64,000 nucleotides of DNA from Octopus sinensis (lineage: Eukaryota): NCBI RefSeq assembly GCF_006345805.1, contig NC_042999.1:145762001-145826000 (forward strand), written 5' to 3'. The translations under genes were made by a program, and so were the position numbers. The number at the start of each line of letters is the position of its first letter. Positions within the stretch are counted from its first letter, which is position 1. Below the pieces are notes generated by a model. It was not told where the DNA came from and made no database searches. It was given only the letters and a program-made list of their open reading frames with translations. Shown here piece after piece: positions 1 to 12,216 of the stretch.

Positions 1-499
1 AATATTTAATGAAACTAGGAATCTACGAAACTATAAATGAAATACAATTTATTTTCTCGTAAAATAATTAAAAGAAAAGCAATTAATGTCTGCGTAAACT
101 TTAAATTTGTTTCATCTTTGTTAGTTTTCTGCAAGATCTCACTGCTAAATACTGCCTTGTAATTAAATTATCTTCAGCCTCAAGTCGTTCTGTGGTTTGA
201 GGTTGAATACCAATAATCGTCTATCGCATCCATATCCGAAGTATTCTTACTCCTTATCTCACCACCAGTACTACACACAATGATTAATTATACCTACAGG
301 TAATGAACTTCATGTTTTAGCCACATCTTAAAGATTGTAAGTAGTTGAAAACAGAGAGTAGAATAAACGTTTGCTTTCTAAACTACTTAATGTTAAGTTC
401 AGGTTCACCTTAGGTTTGGACTAGATAATAATGTCTCTCCAGTATGTTTCCCTGACGAAATCTAAGCCAATGACGAATCCGGAAGAAAATATCAAAATA

Positions 500-960
500 T
501 ATACCAGTGATACTGGCTTCAAATTTTGGCGCAAGACCAGCAATTTCGAGTTACAACGATATCAGTGTTCAGCTGGTACTTATTTTATCGTCTTCGAAAT
601 AATGAAAGGCAATGTCGACCTCGGGATAATTTGAACTCAGAACGTAAAGTCAGACGAAATGCTGGTAAGCATTTTGCCCGGCGTGCTAACGATTCTGCCA
701 TTCGCATCAGGGATATTGATTTCTGTCAATAATATTACTTATATATAAGCTGGCAGAATCATTAGCAAAAGGAACGAAATGTTGGTTAGCAGCATTTCAT
801 CCGTTTTCACTTTCTGAGTTCAAATTCCACCAAGGCTGACTTCGTCTTTCATCCTTTCGGGGTCATTAAAATAAGTACTAGTTGAGTACTGGGGTCGCTG
901 TAATATTTTTATGCCTTCCTCGAAATTCTTGGATGTGTACCAAAATTTGAAATCAATATT
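500..960. mobile_element. Two head-to-head SINE family B copies
   Basis: Minus copy ~520-700 and plus copy ~745-955. Confidence 0.7.
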
Positions 961-1293
961 AGCTTCAAATTTTGGAACAACTGGTACTTATTTTATCGAC
1001 CCTACCTTATTTCTATCAGTAATATTAATAGTATGTTAGGCGGCAGACTGGCAAGATCGTTAGAGCACAAAGACAAAAAGCTTAGCGGTATTTCGTCAGT
1101 CTCATTTGGGTGGAAATATTCCCAAAATATGTAAAATTTATATCATTTGTATAAATTACATGTTATTTGTAAAAATTTAATTTTTTCCTTTCTGTTGAAC
1201 AATAGGGCAGCCATTACAAACACACAAAACACATACATATACATACGATTTCATTGAGTTGCCTTTTTATGTATTTTTCTGATTTAATTTCAG

Positions 1294-1380
1294 TCTGGTG
1301 ATTGTCAGATATCCCAAGGTGAAAATGTGGAAGAAAACTGGGGAGGTGGAGGCGGTGGTGGTGGAACGTTTATTTTTATG
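1294..1380 (+). CDS. ALK: ALK/LTK-like receptor tyrosine kinase, internal exon A (start of glycine-rich region)
   Basis: Acceptor tttcag|TCT, donor ATG|gtaag; 87 nt, phase 0-0; SGDCQISQGENVEENWGGGGGGGGTFIFM resembles ALK WAGGGGGGGGATYVFK. Confidence 0.88.
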
Positions 1381-1441
1381 GTAAGATGTATATATATCTT
1401 AACCCCTCTGCATATATATATATATATATTTGTGTGTGTGT

Positions 1442-1484
1442 GTATCTGTGTGCGCGCGCGTGTGTGTGTTTGTATGTTTGTATG

Positions 1485-1538
<54 letters not shown>

Positions 1539-1629
1539 TTAATGCACATCAACATAGATAAATATTTGTATCTGTGTGCGCGCGCGCGTGTGTGTATGTA
1601 TGTTTGTATGTATGTTTGTATGTATATAC

Positions 1630-1675
<46 letters not shown>

Positions 1676-1759
1676 TTAATGCACATCAACATAGATAAAT
1701 ATTTGTATCTGTGTGCGCGCGCGCGCGTGTGTATGTATGTTTGTATGTATGTTTGTATG

Positions 1760-1825
<66 letters not shown>

Positions 1826-1855
1826 TTAAAGCACATCAACATAGATAAATATTTT
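1442..1855 (+). repeat. Three-copy tandem repeat of a microsatellite-containing ~130-150-bp unit
   Basis: Unit starts gtatctgtgtgcgcgcgcg at 1442, 1568 and 1705; each ends gcacatcaacatagataaatattt. Confidence 0.85.
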
Positions 1856-2029
1856 TTAAAATATGAATATGTATAAATGAACATAAAAATACATGTAGAT
1901 AGAATCAATGTAGGATATATATGGAAATAATGGTGCGAAAAAGAGAATTAGTAAAAATATTTTCGTCGTAAACTTAAGAGCGATTAAGAGTTCCAGTTAA
2001 AATATCCATAAAATCCAATCTGTTCTTTT

Positions 2030-2329
2030 ATGCTTTTATTTGTTTCAGTCGTTTGACTGCGGCCATGCTGGGGCACCGCCTTTAATCGAGCAAATCGACC
2101 CCAGGTCTTATTCTTTGTAAGCTTAGTACTTATTGTATCGGTCTGTTTTGCCGAACCGCTATGTTTCTGGGATGTAAACACACCACCATTGGTTGTCAAG
2201 CAATGTAGGAGGGTCAAATACGGACGTACAAACGCACACACGCATACATACATACATACATACATACATACATACATACATACATACATACATACATACA
2301 TACAACATATATATATACATACAACATAT

Positions 2330-2371
<42 letters not shown>

Positions 2372-2501
2372 CGACAGGCTTCTTTCAGTTTCCGTCTACC
2401 AGATCCACTCACAAGGCTGTGGTTGGTTTGAGGCTATAGTAGAAGACACTTACCCAGAACCATGTAGTTGGTAAGCAAGCTACTTACTACGCAGCCACTC
2501 C
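2030..2501 (-). mobile_element. SINE family A
   Basis: Reverse complement of family A with a small internal deletion. Confidence 0.85.
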
Positions 2502-3064
2502 ACCGCCTCTTCTTTTTTAAATATATAAATGGTGTATAATACTATTTACATAGGCAAAACCAATACAAAACAAAAAAAAACATTGAATTTGAAGAATCTT
2601 TTAACTAAAACTCTTAACCGTTCTTACTTCTGAGTGGAAAGTAATTCGGGGAGAGTGTAACAGCAGGTGTTCCTCAGAGAAGAAACCCCCTAGAGTATCA
2701 GGAGTTAAAGGCTGAAACACTTTCCTTAAGGGTAGTTTCTCCTCTAAGGACCACCTGCTGTCACGCTCTCTCCGAGTTTCTTTCCGCTTAGTACAAAAAG
2801 GTTTTTCTCCACTTCTCTATTTTACCAGTTCTCATTTGCTCACACTTTTATTCCATATATATATCCCACGGGGGTTCTATTTACATGTATTTTTATGTAT
2901 ATTTATATACCTATATATTTTTTAGAAACATTTTATATATGTCGATATGTATTAACTTGTGTATATATATGTGTGTGTGTTGTGTGTGTGTGTGGTGTGT
3001 GTGTGTGTGTTGTGTGTGTGTGTGCGTGTATATATATATATATCTTTATATATATATATATCTT

Positions 3065-3095
<31 letters not shown>

Positions 3096-3198
3096 TATAT
3101 ATGTATATTTATACGCATTTTAAGTCGAATATATAGCTGTATGAGAATGTATAAAGAGTTGGCTTCGTAATTTGAGTTTATATGTGCATATATATATG

Positions 3199-3273
<75 letters not shown>

Positions 3274-3819
3274 TGTGTGTGGCAAGAAGAAATTTGAGGG
3301 AATCCAGAGGTAGTATTCATCAGTTGTAACATATTATACTATTACTATATATTTGTTTTAAACAGTTCAGAGTACACTGAATTGATGGAAATAACGTTTG
3401 GGGTAATGTGACATCTTGGCAGAAACAGTTGTAAGAAACTGCTCTTATTTCTCTATTCTGGGAATTACTAGTACTTTACACATGTATTTATATACATGTA
3501 TTTACACATGTATTTACACATGTATTTATTATCTGAACTGTTTAAAATAAATAAATAGACATAATATAATGTCTAACAGCTGGAGAATACTACCTCTGGA
3601 TTCCTTCCATTTTCTTCTTGCCATATAAATTAAGGGTAAAACCAATTATTACTCTCGCCTAATTATTATACTCACTAGGGTAATTGGCACGCAGTAACCA
3701 ACACTTGTGTATTAATTAGGTAGTCTACCAGCAGTATATTGGATCGACTATATCCCTTAGTTGGTTGGATTCACAACCTCTAACTCTCTTTGAATCATAT
3801 ATTTATGTATATATTTATG

Positions 3820-4088
3820 TGAGTGCTTCGCTGTGTCTGCGTTTGTCCCCATCCCACCCCACCCCAACATCACTTGGCATCCGCTGTTCTTGTGTTTACG
3901 TCTCTGTACTCTAGCAGTTTGGCATAAGAGACGGATAAAATAAGTACTAGGCTTGCAAAAAATAGGCCCAAGGGTCGATTTCTTCGACTAAAAACCCTTT
4001 CAGGCGGTACTCCAGCATCGCCGCAGTCAAATGACTGATCCAGTGAAAGAATATATATATATATGTGTGTGTGTGTTGTGTGTCGTGT

Positions 4089-4134
<46 letters not shown>

Positions 4135-4248
4135 CGTGTGCTGCGGGGCACCTTGGGCAAGTGTCTTCTACTATAACCTCGGGCCGACCAAAGCCTTGTG
4201 AGTGGATTTGGTAGACGGAAACTGAAGGAAGCCCGTCGTATATATATG

Positions 4249-4281
<33 letters not shown>

Positions 4282-4452
4282 TTGTTCCCCAACATCGCTT
4301 GACAACCGATGCTGGTGTGTTTGCGTCCCTGTAACATAGCGGTTCGGCAAAACAGACCGAAAGAATAAGTCCTGGGCTCGATTTGCTCGGACAAAAGGCG
4401 GTGCTCCAGCATGGCCACAGTCAAATGACCGAAACAAGTAAAAAGAGTAAAA
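3820..4452 (+). mobile_element. Two tandem partial SINE family A copies
   Basis: 3' half at ~3820-4050 and a 5'-truncated copy at ~4137-4452. Confidence 0.8.
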
Positions 4453-5150
4453 AAGTGAGTTTGCGTGTATATGTGTGTGTGTGTATGTTCATATATTTGA
4501 TGTGGTTATGGAACAATGCATCAAAAGAAAGAGACATCGTAGTGTTGTGTGTGCGGGAGTGAGTGAGTGAGTTTAGATGAATAAATATTAGCAGGAAGGG
4601 TTGAAGGTGGAAGTTGAGAGATATTTTGGGATGGTTTGAATGAATCATAAAAATGGAAATGAATAAGCATTGTTTATCAGACAGTGGAGACGAGAATTCG
4701 TTATTTTAATAAAGAACATAAATAGATCAATTTATTAACTTTTTGAACATGATATATCAAATATGCATCCCTTTTAATTTCTAGTCAATTAAAATTTGAA
4801 TGTGTTTTATCGATTTCTATCAAAACAAAATAATTTAATCAATATTATTGGATACACCAGATACTGTAAGGAACTATGATGTTCTTCCTGGACGGGTTTT
4901 CTGTTTTTATCTTTCCATTCAGTGTTTGCTGTGTGTGAGTGTGTGTGTGTGTGAGTGTGTTTGTTGGTTTGTGGGTGGGGGGCACCACCTTGAAGAACTC
5001 TTGGTAAAATGAATCGACCACAGTACTTATTTTTTAAAAGCTTGGTACCCCTTGTTGCCGAACCTCTGGCTTACGGAACTATAAACAAACCAGCACAGGT
5101 TGTCAAGACCTGGTGAGGGACAAACACAGACACAGACAGACAGACAGACA

Positions 5151-5194
<44 letters not shown>

Positions 5195-5219
5195 TATACG
5201 AAGAGAAGTAAAACAAAAA

Positions 5220-5922
5220 TTGGATGTTACATTTATATATCTACGAAGAGAAGTCAAAAATGTTCCGCACTTCACTATAACATATCTTTATTATTGCTAT
5301 ATTGCCTTCTGCGCATGCCTGTTTATAGTTAGTATTCTTGTGGTCACGTTATCAAAGTTTGAGTCTGATCGCACCATTTTCCTCTCTGGTTTTACCGTGT
5401 AAATATGGCCGCTCCACTAGCAATGTGCATCAATGAAGATCAATGAGCAGTGATCCAAATACTCTGGTCCAAAGGTGTGTCAGATGCTGAAATTCATCGA
5501 AGGTTTTTAGCACAATACCGGAACAGAGCACTAACACGTAGAAGTGGGTCGAGCAGTTTAAAAGTGGCCGGGCAAGCCTGAGGCATGAAGAGGGGCTGTA
5601 CTCCCACCAACCTGCTCCACTGACGAGAAGATTCAGCAAGCTCGAGAGACAGTAATGGTGAACTGGTTTACCATTACCATTTCCCAAGTCACTGCTCTTT
5701 GTTCTTCTCTGGTGTACATTGCCTGTGAAGGGGCCATGCTTACACTGTAAAGCCAGAAAGAAAAATGGGGCAATCAGGCTGAACTTCGATCACGTAAACG
5801 CAATAGTACCAACTATAAGCACGCATGCTTAGAAGGTAGTGTGTCAATAATGAAGATATGTTATGGCCAAAGTGCGAAAAAGTTTTGACTTCTCTTCGTA
5901 GGTATATCAATGTTAGATCCAA
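5220..5922. mobile_element. Mariner-derived fold-back MITE
   Basis: TA-CGAAGAGAAGTCAAAA termini at 5242 and 5900. Decayed mariner N-terminus from ATG 5405 (AVIQILWSKGVSDAEIHRR..WVEQFKSGR.SL.HE); right ~235 bp is an inverted copy of the left end. Confidence 0.8.
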
Positions 5923-6379
5923 CGATCAAAATGTAGGAAGAAAGTGGGCTTTAAGCAATCTGTAGGATATATATAAAAAAAACTTTCAGGAACAACAGTA
6001 GTTTATTAAAACGGAAGGTTGTGGAATTTTTTCGTATCGAAGCACGATAGGCTGATGAAAATTAATTTATATTTCATGGTAGGCAGCCAAGGTTGTCAGG
6101 TATGCGAATGAAAATCCAAGAGTTAAGGAATGGAGTAGATAAGCTCCGATTACAAATATTTTATAGCAAGCGGAACCTCGGAAGTGGTATATATCCAAGC
6201 GAGGTGAATACCGCAGGTTACTCGTCTGGTAACTTAGTGGTTTGGCAAAAGAGACCGATAGAATAAGTACTAGGCTTACAATGAATAAGTCCTGGGGTCG
6301 ATTTGCTCGTCTAAAGGCGGTGCTCTATCATGGCCGCAGTCAAAATGACTGAAACAAGTAAAAGAATAAAAGAATGCAT

Positions 6380-6449
<70 letters not shown>

Positions 6450-6474
6450 TTATATACATACATACATATATATA

Positions 6475-6505
<31 letters not shown>

Positions 6506-6613
6506 GTGTGTGTGTATATATATATATATATGTTGATAGAAATGGCAAGACAAGAGAATGAAATAGACATCGATATTAGGTAAATAGAGGGATTTATCTG
6601 TAAATATAATATA

Positions 6614-6712
6614 TGACAATTATTCGGTGGCCACGACAAAACTCCGAGTTTCGGATGTCGGGCGGAAACCCACGCCAGCATCTCTTCAGTTATGGCTACC
6701 GAATAATTGTCA
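6614..6712 (-). ncRNA. Putative type I hammerhead ribozyme with long stem I
   Basis: Minus strand: UGACAAUUAUUCGGUAGCCAUAA-CUGAAGA-GAUGcuGGCG..CGCCcgaCAUCC-GAAA-CUC g GAG-UU/UUGUcgUGGCCACCGAAUAAUUGUCA. Intact core, GUU triplet, 15-bp closing helix; one extra C in stem II. Confidence 0.7.
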
Positions 6713-6726
6713 CTTATGCATATATA

Positions 6727-6893
6727 TACAACGGGCTTCTTTTAGTTTCAGTCTACCAAATCCACTCACAAGGCTTTGGTCGGCCCGAGGCTATAGTAGA
6801 AGACACTTGCCTAAGGTGTCACGCAGTGGGACTGAACCCAGATCCATGTGGTTGGTAAGCAAGCTACTTACCACACAGCCACTTCTGCGTGCC
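6727..6893 (-). mobile_element. SINE family A, 5' half
   Basis: Reverse complement of 10080-10245. Confidence 0.8.
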
Positions 6894-7960
6894 CTATGAA
6901 AAATAATATGGGCAGGCGTGTATGTGTATTGCATGTAGTTTTTTTTTGTTTTCAATAAAATGCTTTAAGCTAATTGGAGCTAGAGACTATTATCTAAAGA
7001 ATTGTTTTGTAGTCAAGTTTACATATCCATTAGACTTCGTTAATATGGCATAAATAAGCAAACCAGCCTAAATTTATCAGAAACATAAAACGCGAATGTA
7101 TGAATTGCAATTGAACAACATCATCATCTATCAATTTGGTATAAAATCAATATATGTCAGTTTAATATGTTGATATTGCCATAAAAAGTAAAATATATAG
7201 AGAGTCAAATAAAAATACACAATGATAATAATATAAACAGTATGTTAACTCCACCATCCTCTGCTGCTTCCCAATTCTATCGATGGCGGAAGAACTCAAA
7301 ACCACTAAGGTATAAGCAATCAGTGCGTTGGTTTTACCTGAGATTAAATAGATTTGACATGGCAAGAAGTCCATAAAGGGGCGCAGAAATTGGTGCAGGA
7401 AATGGATGTTCATTGGGGGTGTGAATGAAACCGAAAATTATTGGGGTCGTTTGCCAAGATCGGTTAGGCTTTGTTAACTACAGAATCAAGAGAAGCAATA
7501 CCAATGCCAGTAGCAAGAGAGGTATCTTTGTACAGAGGATGGGAAGAAAAACTCGGTGTATAAATCTCGCAGTGATTGCTTGACACAAACAGTTGTTACA
7601 CGGGGGACTATCATCTTGGAGAAAACTCTAGATTCTTGACCAGGATAAGTTAATGTTACTTCTATGCTCTGTGGATGAGCGTTTTCCAGCCTCAAGTACC
7701 CTTTAAACGTAGGGTAAAACTGTTTCATCTTTAAGTAATGTGATGCATCTTGAACCATAATTTGATCGGATGTTCCAGAGCACTGAGAAATAGAAGATAG
7801 AAGTTAATCTCCGGTAAAGTCAGTACGGAAATTGTCAAGTGGACAGTTCAGCAGAAATATAAGACTATCAAGAAACAGATGACGCAAAAAATTGTTTCAC
7901 ATTCTTCCGATGTTTATTTATGCTTTTTTCAACTATATATACACAAGTAAATAAATATGT

Positions 7961-7998
<38 letters not shown>

Positions 7999-8703
7999 AA
8001 AAACACACACACACAAACACACGCACATACGCACACACACACACACACACCACACACACACACACACACACACTTCTTCTACTTATCTTTTCCTTTTCTC
8101 TTAAGGCCTTGACTTTTCATTTCACTTTCCTAAGCTTAAGTCTTAGACTTTCAAATATTGTTTTAGAATTCATTATTCTTTATTATGAATTCATTATTTT
8201 TTATTATTATTACGATTTTGTCTTGTTACTTCATATAAACTATATTTAATTTACTTACCTTTATCATAGTACTGTTTGATTTATAGACATGGGTTTATAC
8301 TACTTTATTTAGCATCAGCGATCTTTTAAATTCATATTATATTGACCTAAACAACCAGCTATCTACCTTAATTTATTCAAATTAGTTTACTTTTTTTTTA
8401 ATTGTCCTCTGAGTTCACCTTAATTTTAAATATCAAATTGATTTTTTCTCAACAAACATTACAACTAAGCCTTTGTATTAATTCTAAAATGTCGCTTCTT
8501 CCTTGATATCCTCACGCGTCTTGAAAAGATTATGTTAATATAAACTTTTGGATATATCAGATATCTGAGTCGATTCACTATGGACTGATATGTATATTGT
8601 AACACTAAATGATTACACCCAAAAATGCTTTCGTAATGGAAACGTGTGTTGGCTTTTTGTATTATGTAATCTTATATTAAAGATGCGTTATTAATTTTAG
8701 TCT

Positions 8704-8757
<54 letters not shown>

Positions 8758-8904
8758 ATATATTTATATATATTGTTGTATTCGGGATGGTATTTTTTTT
8801 GTGACAAAAACAACGAACAATGACCATTCTGAAATACAACAATGTCAGTTTCAACACACGATTTCAGATAAGGTAACTTGTAACACAAATTGATAACTGT
8901 ATAA

Positions 8905-9260
8905 CAAAATTGGGACAAGAACGCAAAACATCCAGACAGACGATACGAAGAAAATAAGGATGAATCATTCGGAGTTTTCTATCCTCAGTCGAGTTCCAGA
9001 TTATCGTTGCAATTTCGGCTAGTTATACTCGAAATTGCTCCAATCTGGCCAGCCCTAAGGAAAAGATAAGCTAAGAAAATTAGATTCCTTAGAAGAAAGC
9101 AGCGTGTATACGAAAACAAGGACGGAAAAAACAGAGAAATGTTACATAAATCCAAAGGCAATTAACAGGACATAATAACAGGTGTCTTTCGACTAAGGAC
9201 GAATTAAATTAAGCTGGTGTGTGTGAAAGTAAAGCTTTACGACAAGGACATAGGACTTAA
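8905..9260 (-). mobile_element. Non-coding interspersed repeat, probably a Penelope-like 3' end
   Basis: Collinear similarity with 47035-47385 (ggacaagaacg..atttcggct..ggccagccct..tagattcc..gtgtctt.cgact); terminus also found at 42213-42255. Confidence 0.5.
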
Positions 9261-9683
9261 CGGGCACAGGGAGGAATATAGATGTTGCACGGAAGGTAGT
9301 CGAACCAAGACAGAAAGGTCAGATCTGGCTGAACACCGGACACGTGGGGAGAGAACAGAGAGAGAGGTCGAGGCAGAGGGATAGAAGAATTAAGGAGGGG
9401 CGCGAAAACAATGAAAGAGACACAGTGAAGTGAAAGAGGAGAGAAAGTGAGCCTGAAGAGAAGGCCAGGAAATGTGAGAGAGGGGAAACGAAAGAACGAA
9501 GAGTGGAATGAGCGAAGTGTGAAAGGGCTGATAGAAAGAAGGAAAGAATGAAAGACTACAAAGAATAATAGAGACGTACAAAATTTATATATACATATAT
9601 ACACATACACACACATATATATATATATGTTTATATGTATATATACATATATATATGTGTATATATACTTATATATACCCCCC

Positions 9684-9756
<73 letters not shown>

Positions 9757-9764
<8 letters not shown>

Positions 9765-10034
9765 ATAAAGGATCGTAGCTATGGACAAAATAATGCGAAA
9801 AAAATGCAAGGTAAAACACAAGACAGCAAATATGTGAATTAATGTATTCAATATTTCGGAGTTATGACCCCAATTTCAGGAAATTGCCGATTGTCAATTT
9901 CTTGAAATTGGGGTATAACCCCGAAATATTGAATACAAGGTAAGTCTACATTAATTCACATGTTTGCTGTTTTGTGTTTTACCTTGCATTTTTTCGCATT
10001 GTTTTTGCTTTACCCACGATCCTTTATACAATAT
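9757..10034. repeat. ~280-bp imperfect palindrome
   Basis: Arms tatattgtataaaggatcgt...ggaaattg and caatttct...acgatcctttatacaatata around an 8-nt centre. Confidence 0.85.
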
Positions 10035-10079
10035 ACTCTACACAATGCTTCATAGCAATTATTTCATTATATATATATA

Positions 10080-10249
10080 GGCGCAGGAGTGGCTGTGTGG
10101 TAAGTAGCTTGCTTACCAACCAAATGGTTCCGGGTTCAGTCCCACTGCGTGGCACCTTGGGCAAGTGTCTTCTACTATACCCTCGGGCCGACCAAAGCCT
10201 TGTGAGTGGATTTTGTAGGCGGAAACTGAAAGAAGCCTGTCGTATATAG

Positions 10250-10301
<52 letters not shown>

Positions 10302-10519
10302 TGTGTCTGTGTTTTTCCCCCTCCAACATCGCTTGACAATCGATGCTGGTGTGTTTACGTCCCCGTCACTTAGCGGTTCGGCAAAAGAGACCGATAGAAT
10401 AAGTACTGGGCTTACAAAGAATAAGTCCCGGGGTTGAGTTGCTCGATGAAAGGCGGTGCTCCAGCATCGCCGCAGTCAAATGACTGAAACAAGTAAAAGA
10501 GTAAAAGAGTAAAAGAGTA
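10080..10519 (+). mobile_element. tRNA-derived SINE family A, full-length
   Basis: A box gtggctgtgtggt, B box ggttcagtccc, CORE-like ccttgggcaagt, internal (TA)n(TG)n, tail (gtaaaaga)n; more than 10 related copies in the window. Confidence 0.88.
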
Positions 10520-10535
10520 TACATACATATATATA

Positions 10536-11800
10536 CAGGCACGCAGGAAGTAAATAGACACCTTTAATTTTCAAAATCTTTTATTTAATACGCAAAGCGA
10601 ACAATTGAAATGTAATCGATAGGTAGGACTACATACTTTAGCATTTAGTTGACTTTCCCTTTACAGTTTTTAATTCAGAAACTCTTTTTGGCATTAAACT
10701 GATGAGCCTTGTGATTGTCTCTTTCTGCCCACTTTTCATGCAACAATCGAAACTATTCATCTTTAGATTTAGGTTTCTGTTGAGTTTTTCATATAGCTCT
10801 ATCTAGTATGCTCCAAAGATTTTCAATTGAGTTCATGTCAGGAGATTGGCTTGGCCAAGGAAGCCTTTTGATCCCATTTTCACTCAGCCATTGTTGATTC
10901 CTTTTCACTGTGTGGCATGGAGCCCCATCTTCCATGAATAAAAACTCATTTTTCATTATGTTATCGCGTGAATACATCAGAAGTAGTCCTTGCTTAAGTA
11001 TTTCGATGTATTTTTCAGAGTTTATGGTTCCAACACATTTGATCAGCTCAGAGTGACCATTGCTGGTGACAGCTCCCCATACCATCACAGAGATACCACC
11101 ATGTTTCACAGCTGGTTGGAGTCATTTCAAGTCAAATTCTTGACTGGGAAACCTCCAGACCCAAACAAGTCCACTGTCTGAAAATAATGCAAATCTGGAT
11201 TCATCTGAGAAAATCACTCTATCTCAAAATGAACTGGATTTTTCTGACATCTCCTTAGCCCATTTCTTTCTTTTCGTGATACTAATTGGTTGAAGGAGAG
11301 GTTTTCTTCTAGCTGCTCATCCATAATACCCAAACTTGTGCTCGTATGTAACACACTTTCTTGGACTAATTTCTGGCTGTTTTGCAATGTTTGAAGCCTT
11401 TGAACGGGGTTCGTTTTCCACAATTCTCTTCAAGCAGCGAAGCTTCATTTCCGAGGGCCCAGGTCGGCCGGGACGAGAATCTGTTGATTCTTTTCCTTGG
11501 CTTTTGAATTGCACTATAATTCTATTAACAGTAGCAAGAAGAATTTGAAGATTTTTGGCAATTTTTCGTTGACTAAGAGCAGCCTCAGATTGCCCAGCAA
11601 TACGACCTCTTTGGGAATCTGACAGTTCTGGTGAACTTTTTGTGTGTTGCATTGTTACTATTCGCAAATGTTTAATATAATGACACCTGGAATGAAAAAG
11701 AATAATTACATTATAAATTCTACACCACTGAAAGCATATTAAGATGCTTAGATCATAAATTTTGAAAATTAAATATGTCTATTTACTTCCTCCATATCTG
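10536..11800 (-). mobile_element. Tc1-family DNA transposon (DD34E), full-length but decayed
   Basis: Imperfect ~45-bp TIRs (cag....aggaagtaaatagaca..tttaattttcaaaat) flanked by TA. Minus-strand transposase fragments: HTH (ELSDSQRGRIAG..SQRKIAK..RPGRP), FSDES, FMEDGAPCH, SPDMNSIENLW; 34 residues between D and E; frameshifts and stops. Confidence 0.92.
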
Positions 11801-11853
<53 letters not shown>

Positions 11854-11980
11854 TTACAAAAATAAGGGCAAAAGAAAAATTCTAATGCCAAATATGCCGA
11901 AAAAAAGACAAAATTGTCAATAACCATTATAATTTTTGCGTCTCGAAACAAACCGATAGAAATTTCTAAAAAATCCGTCA

Positions 11981-12041
11981 TTACCGTATTGGTCCCAATT
12001 TCGGGGTTAATTCATAAGAATTTCCCCCTCTTCAGCGATAA
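11981..12041 (-). ncRNA. Type I hammerhead ribozyme, canonical core
   Basis: Minus strand: UUAUCG-CUGAAGA-GGGG(gaAAUUCuuauGAAUUaa)CCCC-GAAA-UUGG ga CCAA-UA/CGGUAA. All three stems pair, core intact, AUA triplet. Confidence 0.85.
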
Positions 12042-12132
12042 ATACGTGAGATATAAGTGAAATACTTACTCATACCCATATATATATATGATATATATAT
12101 ATATATATATATATGTATGCACACCTAAATAT

Positions 12133-12216
<84 letters not shown>

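Noticed and set aside
1442-1855. Repeat-spacer pattern resembling a CRISPR array
   Set aside because: The spacers are microsatellites in a eukaryotic intron; simple tandem duplication, no cas genes.
8960-9050. CUGAGGA...CGAAU motif on the minus strand
   Set aside because: GAAA box and stems are not satisfied.
10080-10150. tRNA-like A/B boxes
   Set aside because: SINE heads continuing into repeat bodies; no complete cloverleaf.
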